NCBI RefSeq assembly: GCF_963921235.1
Contig: NC_086097.1
Coordinates: 140,122,001-140,186,000 of the forward strand
DNA length: 64,000 nt
Origin: Mobula hypostoma
Taxonomy: Eukaryota
Direction: 5' to 3'
The position numbers and the translations under genes are program-made. How positions within the stretch are numbered: position 1 is the first letter of the stretch; each line of letters opens with the position of its first letter. Below the pieces are notes generated by a model. That model searched no databases and had not been told where the DNA came from. It worked only from the letters and a program-made list of their open reading frames with translations. Shown here piece after piece: positions 13,127 through 25,789 of the stretch.

Positions 13127-13835
13127 TCCTTTGTGGTGGATGGAGCGAAGGTGCTCGATGAAGCATTCCCCCAATTTCCATTGGGTCTCACCGATGTAGA
13201 TGAGGCCGCACTGAGAGCATGAGATACCATAGATGACCCTGACAGACTCATAGGTGAATGTTGGCCTCACTAGGAAGGACTGTTTGGGGCCTAAATGGAG
13301 GTGACAGAGGAGTAAGAGGGATCTGCCACTTGCAAGGATAAGTGCCAGGAGGGAGATCAGTGTAGTGGGTCAAGTGGACAAAGGAATCAAGTAGAGAGCG
13401 ATCCTTGTGGAAAGCGGAGAGTAGGGTGAGGGGAAGATGTGCTTAGTGGTAGGATCCCACTGAAGATGGTGGAATATACAGTGTGCTGGATGCAGAGGCT
13501 CAAGGAGTGGTAGGTAAGAACAAAGGGGACTCTAACCCTGTTATGGCAGTGGGAGAATAGGGTGAGGGTGGATGTCTGGAAAATGGAGGAGATACAGGTG
13601 AGAAATGACAGAGGAAAGGAAACCCTGTTTTTGAAGGAGAAAACTCAGACGTTCTGGAGTAGAAAGATATGGCAGAGATAGAGAAACTGAGAGAAGGCAA
13701 TTGCATTTTTATAAGTGACAGGATAGAAAAAGAAGAGGTATAATCAAGATAGCTGCGGGAGTCAGTTAGTTTGTAAAAGTTATCAGTAGACAGTCTGTCT
13801 CCAGAGATGAGATTGAGAGATCAGAGAGATCAAGA
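13127..13835 (-). mobile_element. Penelope-like element fragment (RT C-terminus and GIY-YIG region)
   Basis: Reverse complement resembles 62150-62900, including the LIYIGET motif (ctcatctacatcggtgagacc). Confidence 0.75.
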
Positions 13836-13899
13836 AAGGTCTGAGAAGTTAACTTTGTTTTGCACATCTAATCTTCAGCTTTGGAGATATCAGGAATCA

Positions 13900-14830
13900 A
13901 GAATTAAATATGCTGACGACACCACTGTTGTTGGCCAAATCAAAGGTGGTGACTAATTAACATATGGGAAAGAGATTGAAAATCTAGTTGAATGGTGCAC
14001 AACAACAACCTCTCACTCAATGCCAGCAAAAGCAAAGAGCTAATTATCAACTAGAGAAGGAAGAAGTTGGTGGTCCATGAGGCAGTCCTCATTCGGGATC
14101 GGAGGTGGAGAATGTCAGTAGCTTTAAATTCCTTGACACTTTCATATCAGAGTATCTGCCCTGGGACCAGCACATAAATGCCATCATAAAGGCGCCACAA
14201 CAATGCCTCTACTTTCTTAGAAGTTTGCTTAGATGTGGCAAGTCACCAGAAAACTTTGACCAACTCTTATGGATGCACAGTAGTACAGTAATTGGCTGCA
14301 TCATGTCTTGGTATGGAAACACCAATGCTTAGGAATATAAAACTCTACAGAAAATGGCAGATCCAGCCCAGTCCGTCACAGGAAAAGTCTTTCCCCCACG
14401 ACCCATTATCGAGCACATTGACGTGGAGTGCTGCCTCAGGAAAACAGCATCCATTATAGAGGAACCGCGCCTCTCTTGCTGCCGCCATTGCACAGGAGGT
14501 ACAGGAACCTTAGGTCCCACACCACTAGGTTCAGGAAGTTATTACGCTACAGCTACCAGGTTCCTGAACTGGTGTGGATAACTTTATTCACCACAACTCT
14601 GAACTGATTCTACAACTGTAGACTCACTTTTAAGGCTCTATAATTCAAGTTCTCTGTATTTTTTGTACTTGCACAATTTGTCTATTTTTGCACTGGTTAT
14701 TTGTCAATTTTAGTTTGTTTAGTTTTTTCTGTAAATGTTATCGTATTTCTTTATTTTCCAGTAAATACTTGCTAGAAAATAAATTTCAAGGTAGTGGTAA
14801 CATATGTGGATTTAAATAATAAATTTTACT
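13900..14830 (+). mobile_element. Rex1/Babar LINE 3' fragment
   Basis: KYADDTTVVGQI, ENVSSFKFL, CLRKTASII, then a T-rich 3' UTR ending aataaattttactt. Confidence 0.85.
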
Positions 14831-15556
14831 TAAGATGGATAAACTGGAAATCTTTTATATTCAGTTGAATCACAACAATTTCAAACTTAGATTTCTTCCA
14901 CTATTCTCTCCAACTAATGATCTCGGCTTTCCTGGTAGACCATTGCTTCGTCATTTCCAATCTTCTTTGTAACTAGAGCACTCTGCGCCTGAACCTGTAT
15001 TCTACAAAGCTAGGGAATTGAGCCCTTATTTGCTGTTGCTGGGGCAAGCTTTCTCCCTGTATCCATATACTGTAAATTTTGATTCTGAATGACCAGAGGG
15101 TACGATTTTATTCCAGCTGTAGGAAAACTGAATGGTTCCAGCCAAATGTTCTTAAAACATAAGAGAACAGTAGGATATGGATGAAGAATTTAGTTTCAGA
15201 GTTTTTACGTGACTCATTCATAAAAAATGATTAGGAAGAGGAAGTGACTGGCCAGGGTAGAGAGCAGAATGTAAAGTCAACGACAAATCAAGCCAGTTAT
15301 GGGTCAGCAGCTAGCGTTTCCATGGTGTGAGCTGATGCCGAAACCTGGTGGAGACGGTGTTACTCTATAGACTATTTTGTCAACATCTCAGTATTAATCT
15401 GGTATGTATTAGAATTGTTGCACAACTTAAGTGAAATCACCATTTTTTACAAGGTACCAATACCACTTTATGAAACACTGTGAAGGTCAATAATAACTAC
15501 CCAACATTTATCTTGACCTGGAGCCATTGCATCCATGCCCCTGTTATAAAGAAGAA

Positions 15557-15743
15557 GAAGAATAGCCCTAAACTTGGCAGTGGAGTTATCCGGGCACCGT
15601 CTTTTGACTGTGTTTCCGTAGCAAGCTATTCTTGTTTTTACGAGGCCGAGTTGCTAGCTCAACGCTCAGCTCCACTTGGATTCAAACTCCGGAACCTTTG
15701 CTCCGGACTCCGGCGCTGATATTATTGCGTCATCAAGTGGAAC
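15557..15743 (-). mobile_element. Short tRNA-derived SINE
   Basis: 14-bp TSD gttataaagaagaa at 15543-15556 and 15744-15757; B-box-like gagtttgaatcc on the minus strand; (TTC)n tail; CpGs retained. Confidence 0.7.
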
Positions 15744-15941
15744 GTTATAAAGAAGAAATATTTTTAAACCAGTGTAGGTGGAGGGGACATATCGCTGTTT
15801 TTTTTCCAAGACTAGTAATTTTGCAAGTTTAGTGTAAAGCTTATTTAAAAGCCTCTTTCCTATATCAGATTTAGCAGATCCTGCAGTGTGTTGAGAAACC
15901 TACAACAGGTTAAGACAAAATCATTTTAAAGAAATAGATAC

Positions 15942-16138
15942 CTCCAGGAACGAATTGGAGTCTGGAATTCTGACTGAAGCAGGAAAGGGGTTTAAACTGC
16001 GGCCAAGGTAGAAATTAGAGAGCCAATAATTTTTCAGAACCACCCTGGTTACCTCAGTCCAGAGAGGGTCCAGTAGGCTGGTCATTCCTGACCAGCTGAT
16101 ATTGTTATCGCTATCCTTGTGATGGTCGCACATCTAAC
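15942..16138 (-). other. Candidate exon, possibly non-coding or start-containing
   Basis: Strong acceptor ttgtgtttttctctacacag, weaker donor GAG|gtatct; all three frames hit a stop unless the ATG at nt 6 is a start. Confidence 0.2.
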
Positions 16139-16835
16139 CTGTGTAGAGAAAAACACAAGGTCACGAGGAATATCAGCAGAAAGACTACTTGGAAAGAAAC
16201 GATTGGTGGGGTATTTATTTCTGCTACCGCTGGGTTCCAAGTAACATTACCACTATACTCCCCCCCAGGCTGCTTTACTCAAACTGTATAATGAAACAAC
16301 GATCCGAGCACACACACACACCTTCAGAGGGGTAAATCCTTTCAATAATTTTGCTGTTATATTCTAACTAAAACAAATCCTTTCGAGTTTTGCTTGTTCC
16401 ACTCTTCTGGTGTCCAGGGAGCATAAAAGTTGGGCACATATGTTATAGCTTTGGTCAGGCCACATTTGTGTGCAGTCTGGTCACCCTTTACAGGAAGATG
16501 TGGAGGTTTGGAGAGGATGCAGAAGAAAGTCACTAGAATGCTGCCTAGATTAGAAAGTGTTAGCTATAAGGAGAGTTTGGACAAACTTGGATTATTTTTT
16601 CTCTAGAGCTGAGTGATGACCAAATAGAAGTACAGTATGTAACATTATGAGAGGCATACATTGGGCAGATATTCGGTCTGTTTCAGCAGGCGGAAAAGAC
16701 AAATACTAAAGCCATAGCTTTAAGCTGAGAGGGGGAAAAGTTTAAAGACTTATCAGGAAAGTTCTTTTAAACAGAGAATGGTAGGTGCCTGGGACATGCT
16801 GTCAAGGGTAATGGTGGAAACAGATATGATACCGT

Positions 16836-18348
16836 TTCCTATAAGGTGAAACCCAACAGCAAAAATGACAATGATATTTTACTTCCCAATGAGCTTGATG
16901 TTCTTAATGCATGCTTTGAAAGGTAGAACAACACTAAGCCTGTGTGAACCCCCAGAGCATCTGGCAACCCAGCGATTTCTGTCTTGGAGGCCAATGTCGG
17001 AACATCCTTCAAAAGGGTGAATTCTTGCAAGGAATCAGGCCTAGGCTACTTGTCAGGTACTGAGAATCTGAGCAGACCCACTGGCTGGTGCATTCAAGGA
17101 CATCTTCAAACTTTCATAGCTGCAGTCAGAGGTTTCGTCCTACTTCAAAAGGGCATCAATCCTACCAGCGCCCAACAAGAGAAGGCTGAGCTGCCTCAGT
17201 GAATATTGCCTGGTAGCACTCACATTAACTGTGAAGTGCCTTGGGAGGTTGATCAGGGCTAAAATTAACTCCTACCTGAGCAAGGGCCTGGACCTGCTGT
17301 ATTCTGTGTACCACTACAACAGGTCTGCAGCGGATGCAATCTCAATGGCTCTCCACTTGGGGTTTGGAGCACCTGGACAGAATCAGAATCTGATTCAAAA
17401 TCACTCGCATGCGTCATGGAATTTGTTGCTTTGCGCCAGTAAAGTGCAATACATAATAAAAACACTATAAAGTACAATAAGAGATACAGTATATATAATC
17501 TAATGGCAGAGGGAAGAAGCTGTTTCTAAAATGCTGAGTGTGTGTCTTCACACTCCTGTATCTCCTCTTTGATGGTAGTGATGAGAAGAGGACACGTCCT
17601 GGGTGATAGGGGTCCTTAATGACAGATGCCACCTTTCTGAGGCATTGTCTTTTGAAGATGTTCTCGATGCTGGAAAGGCTAGTGCTCATGCTGGAGCTGG
17701 TTGAGTTTGCAACTTTCTGCAGCTTTCTCTGATCCTGTGCAGTGGCCACGTCAGACTAGATGGTGATGCAACCAGCTAGAATGTTCTCCACGGTACTAGT
17801 CCTTGGTGACATGCCAAATCTCCTCAAACTGTTAATGAAATACAGCTGCTTTTGTGCCTTGTTGTAATATACAAGTTGAGGAGATTTGGTAAGTCACCAA
17901 AGACTAGCAAATTTCTACAGATGTTTGGTGGAGAGCATTCTGACTGACAATGTGCAGGATCGAAAGAAGCTGCAGAGTTTCAGCCTCAGCCAGCTTCATC
18001 ATGGGCACAACCCTCCCCACCATCGAGAACATCTTCAAAAGGCAGTGCCCCGACAAGGCGACATCCATCAGTAAGGACTCTCATCACTTGGGACATGCCT
18101 TCTTCTCTTTACTGCCATAAGGGAGGAGGTACAGGAGCCTGAAGACCCACACTCCACATTTTAGGAGCAGCTTCTTCTCCTCTGCTACCAGATTCCTGAA
18201 TGGTCCACGTACATTATCTTACTTTTCCTCTTTTGAACTATTTATTTGTGTTCTGCAATTTATACTTATTTTACATCTTGCACTGTACTGTTGCTGCAAA
18301 ACAACAAATTTTACGACATTTGTCAGTGATAACATACCTGATTCTGAT
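16836..18348 (+). mobile_element. Rex1/Babar LINE, internally deleted and interrupted by an antisense copy
   Basis: LPNELDVLNACFE, NRSAADAISMALH, LANFYRCLVESILT; tail gataacatacctgattctga. Confidence 0.75.
17378..17866 (-). mobile_element. Rex1/Babar 3' fragment, antisense and nested
   Basis: ORF 17465-17749 QCLRKVASVIKDPYHPG...FRNSFFP; cagaatcagaatc tail. Confidence 0.8.
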
Positions 18349-18619
18349 ACCAACCCTTTTAGGCATTCAGACAGGCAGAGGGAATGGAAGGGTATAGACC
18401 ATGTGCAGGAAGATGGGATTAATTTAAATTGGCAGCATGACTGGCACAGACTCAGTGAGTGATATGGCCTGTTCCATTGATAAGAGACCATTGTACCTGC
18501 TGCCCACACACTGCCTAACCTCTTCCAACATATATGGTTCCGTTAACACCTTGATGACTTAAATACAGAAAGCATGAAGCCAGCATCAATGATTAATTGA
18601 TATATTCTTTATATCTGCT

Positions 18620-21000
18620 CAGCTAGGACAGTAGAGATGCCAGACAGGATGGTTGAATGCTCCTCTTGCAGGATGTAGGAAGGCAGGAAGACCTCCAGTG
18701 TCCCTGACAACTATAATTGTGAGAAGTCCATCCAGCTGCAGGTTCTAGCAACTGTGTTAAAGAGTTGGAGCTGGACCTGGATGAACTCCAGAAGATTCGG
18801 CAGGCTGAGGGGGTGATTGAAAGGACATATAGAGAGGTAATTACACCCAAGGTGCAGGACACAGGGAACTGGGTGATAGTCAGGAAGGGGAAAGGGGTTA
18901 AACAGCAAGTTCAGAGTACCCCTGTGGCCACCCCCCTCAACAACAGGTATATCACTTTGGATACTGTCAGGGGGTCGGGGGGGGGGGGTGGGTGACCTAA
19001 CAGAGGAAAATCACAGTGGTTGGGTCTCTGGCACTGAGTCTGCCTCTGTGACTCAGATGGAAAGGGGATAGAAGAGGCACACTGTGGTGACAGGGGACTC
19101 GTTAGTTAGGGGAACGGAGAGGAGGTTCTGTGGGTGAGAACAAGATTCCCGGGTGCCAGCGTTAGGGATATCTCAGATTGGGTCCTCAGCATTCTTAAGA
19201 GGAAGGGTGAACAGCCAAAAGTTGTGCTCCATATAGGTAGCAATGACATGGGTAGGAAGAGTGACAAAGTTCTTCATAGGGAGTTCAGGGAGTTAGGTGC
19301 TAAGTTAAAGGGCAGGACCTCCACTGTAGTGATCTCAGGATTGCTACCCATGTCATGTGCTAGTGAGCTGAGAACTAGGAAGATTATACGTGGCTAAAGA
19401 GTTGGTGTAGGAGGGAGGGCATAAGTTTTTGGGATCATTGGGCTCTCCTCCAAGGTAGGTGGGTCCTATATAGAAGGGACAGGAGAAGGACTAATATCCT
19501 AGCTGGAAGGTTTGTTAATGCTGCATCGTGGAGTTTAAACTAGAGCTGCAGGGGAATGGGAACCAGAGCACCAGTACAGTTAGTGGATTTCCTGAGCTGC
19601 CTATATTTCAATGCAAGAAGTACTGTAGGAAAGACGGATGATAGTGCTAAAGATGAGGTAGCTGGTTTACAAACTGAGGCAATGTGCAGCGAGGAGAGGC
19701 TGTTGATAGGGCAACATTGCAGTCAACAGGATGAGTTGCAATGTAAAAAGGTGGAAAATATTGGGAAGGGTGAATACAGGACAGAAGGTGTAATATTGGA
19801 TTGTGTGCGGGATACGGAATAAGATAGATGAACTTGCAGCACAGTTGCAGATTGTCAGGTATGATGTAGGCATCATCGAATCATGGCTGAAAGAAGATTA
19901 TAGCTGGGAGCTTAATGTCCGAGGATACACATTGTATCGAAAGGACAGGCAGGAAGGCAGGGGGGCGGCGATGTTTTGTTGGTAAAAAATGAAATCAATT
20001 CATTACAAAGAGGTGACATAGGGTTGGAAGGTGTTGAATCATTGTGGATAGAGCTAAGGACCTCCAAGGGTAAAAAGACCCTTGAAGGGAGTTGTAAGGA
20101 TTTGGCCTACAAATTACAATGGGAGATAGAAAATGCATGCTAAAAGGCAATGTTACAATAGCCATGGGAAATTTCAATATGCAGGTAGATTGGGAAATTC
20201 CGGTTGGTGCTGGATTCCAGGAGGGGGAATTTCTAGAGTGAATACAAGATGGCTTTTTAGAGCAGCTCATGGTTGAGCTCATGAGGGGATCAGCTATTCT
20301 GGATTGGGTGTTGTGCAATAAATCAGAATTAATTAGAACGCTTAAGGTAAAAGAACCCTTATGGGTAAGTGATCATAATATGATCAAATTCACTCTGAAA
20401 CTTGAGGAGAAGCTTAATGTCAGTGTATCAGTATTACAGTGGAATAAAGTGAATTACAGAAGCATGAGAGAGGAGTTGGCCAGAATTAACTGGAAAAGAA
20501 TACTGGCAGTGATGATGGCATAGCAGCAATGTCCAGAATTTCTAGAAGCAATTTGGAAGGCACAGGATATATACATCCCAGAGAGGAAGAAGTATACAAA
20601 AGGAAAGATGACACAACCATGGCCAACAAATGAAGTCAAAGCCAACATAAAAGCCAATGAGAGGGCATATAATAGAGCAAAAATTAGTGGCAAGTTAGAG
20701 AACCGGGAAGCTTTTAAAAACCAACAGAAAACAACCAAAAAAGTCATTAAGGTAAAGATGAAATACGGAGGTAAGTTAGCCAATAATATTAAAGAGGATA
20801 CCAAAAGTTTCTTCAGATATAGAAAGTATAAAAGAGAGGCAACAGTGGATTTTGGACCACTGGAAAACAATGCTAGAGAGGTTGCAATGGGAAACAATGA
20901 AATTGCCAACAAACAAAAAGAATTTTGCACCAGTCTTCACTGCGGAAGACATGAGCAGTATTGTGGAAGTTCCAGGCGTTGGGGTCATGAAGTGTGCGAA
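18620..21000 (+). mobile_element. CR1 LINE 5' part: ORF1 (Zn-finger, coiled coil, SGNH esterase-like) and ORF2 endonuclease; chimeric
   Basis: MVECSSCRM, ELELDLDELQKIRQAE, GDSLVRG, FPGASVRD, VVLHIGSNDMG; then LYFNARS, IRNKIDEL, SDHNMI. Confidence 0.88.
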
Positions 21001-21410
21001 GAAAGGCAGAGGAAGATGGATAAGAAGAGGAAGTGAGGAAGTGGAGCAGAGGGAAGGGGGAAATGGAAGGAAGAGAGGGGAGAAGGGAGAAGGAGGAGGG
21101 TGAGAAGGTGCAGGAGGGAGAACGTGGAGAGCAACAGAGGAAGGACAAAACTGAAAGGAAGTGTAAGGAGAGGAAATAGAGAAGGATAGAGTGTGAAAGG
21201 GAGAGAGGGTGAGGGGGAGAGATGCAGATGCAGAGAGGAGAGTGAGAGAGGTAGAGAGAAGAGTGAGACACAGAGAGGAGAGTGAGAGAGGTAGAGAGGA
21301 GAGAGTGGGGAGAAGGGAGAAGGTAAAGTGGTGAGAGAGTGAAAGGGAGAGGAAATAGAGTGAAGCATTTAGGAAGAGGACAAGAGAAAGGGATAGGGAG
21401 AGAGGGGAGT
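21000..21410. repeat. GA-rich low-complexity tract
   Basis: Almost purine-only + strand with repeated agagaggagagtgagagaggtagagag. Confidence 0.9.
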
Positions 21411-22202
21411 GTTGTTATCTGCATCACAGTTGATGCAGACTACATTAGCCCAGAGCATTTAAATAAACAGATAATACATCAAAAATAGAACCATAGAATA
21501 CTACAGCACAGAAAAACAGGCCATTCAGCCCTTCTAGTCTGTGCCAAAAATAGTTGAAAGGAACCTCCTGACTTTGGAAATGTATGATGAATGCAATCCT
21601 GGGGATCAGTTTACCTGCAGGAGTGTGTACGTCAGTTCCTTTCAATCACAGCAAACCTAAAAGTTGCAAATGGGCAATTGGGCATAAGGATGGGGGGGGG
21701 GCTGTTGTGGTGCTGGTGGTGGTGGGGGAAGTGTGTTGGGGGCGGGGTTGGCTGTAACTCATCCTCTTTGCTGAATTTAGGATTTATCTAAGAACTTCAA
21801 ACATGTCATTAACTCATTTTACAGCCAGCTATCATGTGTTACTACATACGTCTGAAATTAGACTGTGGAATGTTACGAAGGTGTTCTAACAACACAGTGG
21901 GTGGTGATAATGCCTCTGGCGACAGTGAAATAGATTTGCTATTATCTAATCAGTGCCATTTATTTTTATCCCAGAACTGAATGCTAAAAACAGCTTAAAT
22001 CTCATCAGTGCAGCCAACAATTTTTGACTCCTACAGCATACCAGAAAAACCTTTGGTACTGACTGCAACCAATAGGGTTGAAGCTCAGTGCAGACCTGCC
22101 CCTATTAATGTAGACCAAACGTCAATGTTCCCTTCTAGAGCCAGCATCAATGTTGTTCGGCGTTGCAGACTGCACAGTGACACAGAAGTAGTAGGCACTT
22201 AC

Positions 22203-22340
22203 CTCCCGGGATCTCTTCACTCCACCAGGCTTGCTGCATTGCTGTGTTCCCTTGCTCTCTGCCCTGTAACTTTAGCGGGAAGGAGTGGATGGCAGCACCA
22301 TCAGCTACTAGACAGATCTCTGCTGCCTTCCTTATAACTT
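22203..22340 (-). CDS. Candidate internal exon, unknown gene
   Basis: Acceptor ggaatcttcag, donor GAG|gtaagt; 138 nt, phase 1-1, only one open frame (VIRKAAEICLVADGAAIHSFPLKLQG...WWSEEIPG). Confidence 0.25.
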
Positions 22341-22609
22341 CTGAAGATTCCACGAGTTGTGTGAGGGAAGTCAAAGGAGTTTTTAAGTCAGCACTGACAA
22401 TTCAAACTTTTGTACAATGGCAAAGGACAATTTCATCCAAAGGGCTTGCATTTATATATCAATATTCACATCCTCAGTAAATAGCAGAGACCACAGTTGG
22501 AGTAATATTTGATGCAAAGTCACTCTCACAATTAAGGTGTCGAGAAAATATTACAAAGAAGAGAATGGGTAAATGATGACCTCATCTCTTCTGAGATGTG
22601 CCTGAGTGA

Positions 22610-22725
22610 CAGACATTAACTTGGTAACCAGGGAAAACTCTCTGCTCCTCTTCAAGATAATCATTCAATCTTTTGTTTTCACCTGAGAAGGCAGGTGGGA
22701 TCATGGGTTAATAACTTCCTTCAGT
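22610..22725 (-). mobile_element. Decayed Deu-domain SINE (SacSINE1/AmnSINE-like) remnant
   Basis: ccagggaaaactctctgctcctcttcaa...tcttttgttttcacctgagaaggcaggtggg resembles the reverse complement of the Deu core as I recall it. Confidence 0.45.
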
Positions 22726-24654
22726 TAAGTTATTTCTAACAGAACTTCTTCACAGGTGTCATTATAGGTTATACATTCAAATCCTTTAGCAAAAACTGAA
22801 ACTATGTACTGTTGCTAAAATGGATTGATGGGCTGCAGGCACCAGGGAAAGGACAGTGTGCATAGTCCACATCTAATTGCCATTCACAGGAAGCAGGAGG
22901 GAATGCACTTCATGAACAGCTTATGTCTGTGTTCTGGAAACTTGAGTTTAGTATGTAGCCCTGGTGATGATGAAGGGCCAGTAAAGTGATCACAATCAGG
23001 CTAGTGTGTAACTTGGAGGGAACCTACAGATGGTGACTACTAACACAACAGCCTTGTCTTATGCACTCAGATCTGCTTTCCTCTGTCATTGAGAGTGCTG
23101 ATAACCAACAAAACTTTCCCCTCTCACTGACTGTCGAATTGTCCACCACCTTTCAAGTATGGATGTGGCAGGGCTGTAGCTAACAGTTAACCTGCTGAAG
23201 ACAGGATTAAGGAGCTCGGTCTACTGCAGGCTGCTTTCACTAGTTAGCTTGTGTGCTAATGTCGCTGCTGCAGCAGTCTGCTGATATCAGGTCCAGTTCT
23301 TGTGTTCCCTTTGACACTCCTTCTTTTCCTTCCTTAAATTGGGTTGGTCCCTGGTTTGATGTCAATTGCAGCGGAATGGAAAAACCCTTTCTATGATCAG
23401 ACCCAAATGATCCTGCAGGTCTGAAACAATCTGCTCTCCAGTTACTTGATTCTGAGGGAGGTGCTAACTAGTCCAATAAAGTACACTACCAATAACACAT
23501 TGACAGGAAGTCAATTGAATTTAATAAAAATAAAAATAGGAAGTAGGTAGAACCAGTTGCCAAACCTCAGTCAAACATGTTACACCCGCATACAATTAAG
23601 GGGCATATCTCACTGCTGTCCCCATGCAGAACTCAGCTAATAAAGTAACTGGCTAAACAAAGTGACTGGGATGTAATGCCACATCAGTCAAATGTGGAAA
23701 CTATCAGTCTGACCTATGAAGATGCAGGCACTGGGGAACAATTACAAGATTCAGGGGCTGTTAACTTTTTAATATGTCCTTAGTGATCAGTAATGTAACA
23801 CCAACATAAATGTTAAACTTGTTTAGTTTATTTAATCAGTTACTTTACATTTAATAAGAGATATAAAACAGTCTCTTATTTGCTTGAACATGTACTGTAC
23901 GTAGAAACTGTAAAAAGGTGAAATTTGTCACACAAATCTGCAGCTTCTAGAAATGCACAAAAAGCCAGTTAACATTAACTAACACAGTGTGTTGGGATCA
24001 TATAACATGAATATTGTAACACTAACACAAATACCACATTGATGTTCTGTGCAATGTACGAAAGGAGCACTATATTGGAGAGCTGGGTGTGCTGAAATAA
24101 CATATGCAAATTCAGTAGTAGTCTTACTTACCCTCACACTTATCCCAGCAGCAATGCTTTACCACAATACAGTCATTTCAGCAGTGTCACTGTATGTGTA
24201 CTGGACAGGATCCATGTCTTTCCCAGATGATTAAAGTAAGTGTGGTAAAATGGCTGGCCCCAGAATCTCCTTGAACATTTGAAACATCAAGTACTACAAA
24301 CTCCCACTTTCCAAGCTGCTTTTACACAAGCTCCATGCTGGCCCAAGGTATGAGCTAGGGATATTACACAGCTGGTTTTGAGAAACTATATCTGCATCTG
24401 TTTTGGCTCTGGCACCACTTGATGGCGTCACAAAAGGAGCAGTTCTGGATAAGATCCAGCTATTGATCTGTTCTATCTGTCTTCGGGAATCATAGTGTTT
24501 TCTTCTGTAGCACTCCGGGAAAAACCTTGAAAAACATAAATGTTAGATAATAATACATATACAAATAAATTAGTTGTCAAGATTCTGACATTTAATTACA
24601 TCAGTTTCAGTTCTGTGATGTGATATTGTTTGTTAAAATTGTCATGATTAAAAG

Positions 24655-25185
24655 GAGCAAATAACAAAGTCCTGGAGGAAATTGGCGGGTCAAGCAGCAT
24701 CCACGGAGGGAACTGTTGAAATTTCAGATCAAGAATTCTACACAAAATACTTGAAGAACTCAGTAGGTCAGGCAGCATCCATGGAAATGAACAAATATTT
24801 GACGTTTCAGACTGAGATCCTTCTTCAGGATGGAAAGGAGGAGGGAAGATGCCAGAATAAAGAGGTGGAAGGAGGGAAGGAGGATAGCTAGAAGGTGATA
24901 GGTGAAACCAGGTGAGTGGGAAAGGTAAAGGGCTTGGAGATGAAGGAATTTAGTTGGAGAGGAGAGTGAACAATAGGGGAAAGGAAATGAGGAGGGTCAC
25001 CAGGAGGAGGGGAAAAGCAGGTGTAGATCTAAATGGTATAGGTGAGGAGAACTTAGAAATGGAAAGGGAGTTGCAGCAGGTAAAGAGAGGGATTTTGAAA
25101 AGTTGAGTGTGAAAGGAAGGGGAGAGTGTACCAGAAAAGATTGCAGCTGCACATATGGCTGGGGGCTGGGGGGAAAGAAATTATT
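24655..25185 (-). mobile_element. Penelope-like terminal fragments
   Basis: Two ...ggaactcag..ggtcaggcagcatc-type termini and a hammerhead core at 24797-24833. Confidence 0.7.
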
Positions 25186-25789
25186 CAAAGCCTCTCTCTA
25201 ATGGAGTAAAAAGAAATAAATGGGTATGATTCAGTGACCATTGGAGAGGTGGGGTTGCAAGGTAACAAAGTCTAGGAAGCAAATATTCCAACGTACAACA
25301 TTCCAAATGAGGGGTAGAACTCTGAGAATAAAAGATGAGATAAGCACAGGTTCGGAAAATCAAGATGTGGAGTCTATAGGGAGGACAGAAGTAGCAATGG
25401 AAAGGAGTCAATAGTGAGGTAACCCCCATTGTTTCTCAATTCATACCCTGTACCTCACTAAATCTTTCCGCCTTATTCTCCCCAAAGTGCTTTTCCAAAC
25501 CCCCCTTTCCAATAATTACAAATTAGAGAACATTTCCATCCCCTGTCATCTTATTACAAATTATTACAAATCAGTAATATTAAAAATATAAATTACATAC
25601 TGTAGCTTACATCAACAGTCTGGTCCGCCTGCTCTATTATGTAAGTGGTTACCATAGTTTCAGGAATTTTATTTCTTCAGTTAATATCATTCTGAAAGGT
25701 CAGCCAACTCACAAATTTTTCAGCTACAATTAAACTTTCCATCACTCAATTCCAGCAGTGCAGTATCCACATATATCAGCAGCACCCCT

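Larger units (their letters stand above)
16420..18480 (+). mobile_element. CR1 3' fragment (16420-16835 and 18349-18480) split by Rex1 insertions
   Basis: LVRPH..WSP..RKM..LERMQK-like text; the CR1 tail resumes after 18349; tgatacc occurs at both junctions. Confidence 0.7.

Noticed and set aside
21840..21890. tggaatgttacgaagg resembling miR-1/206
   Set aside because: Several mismatches and no complementary 5' arm.
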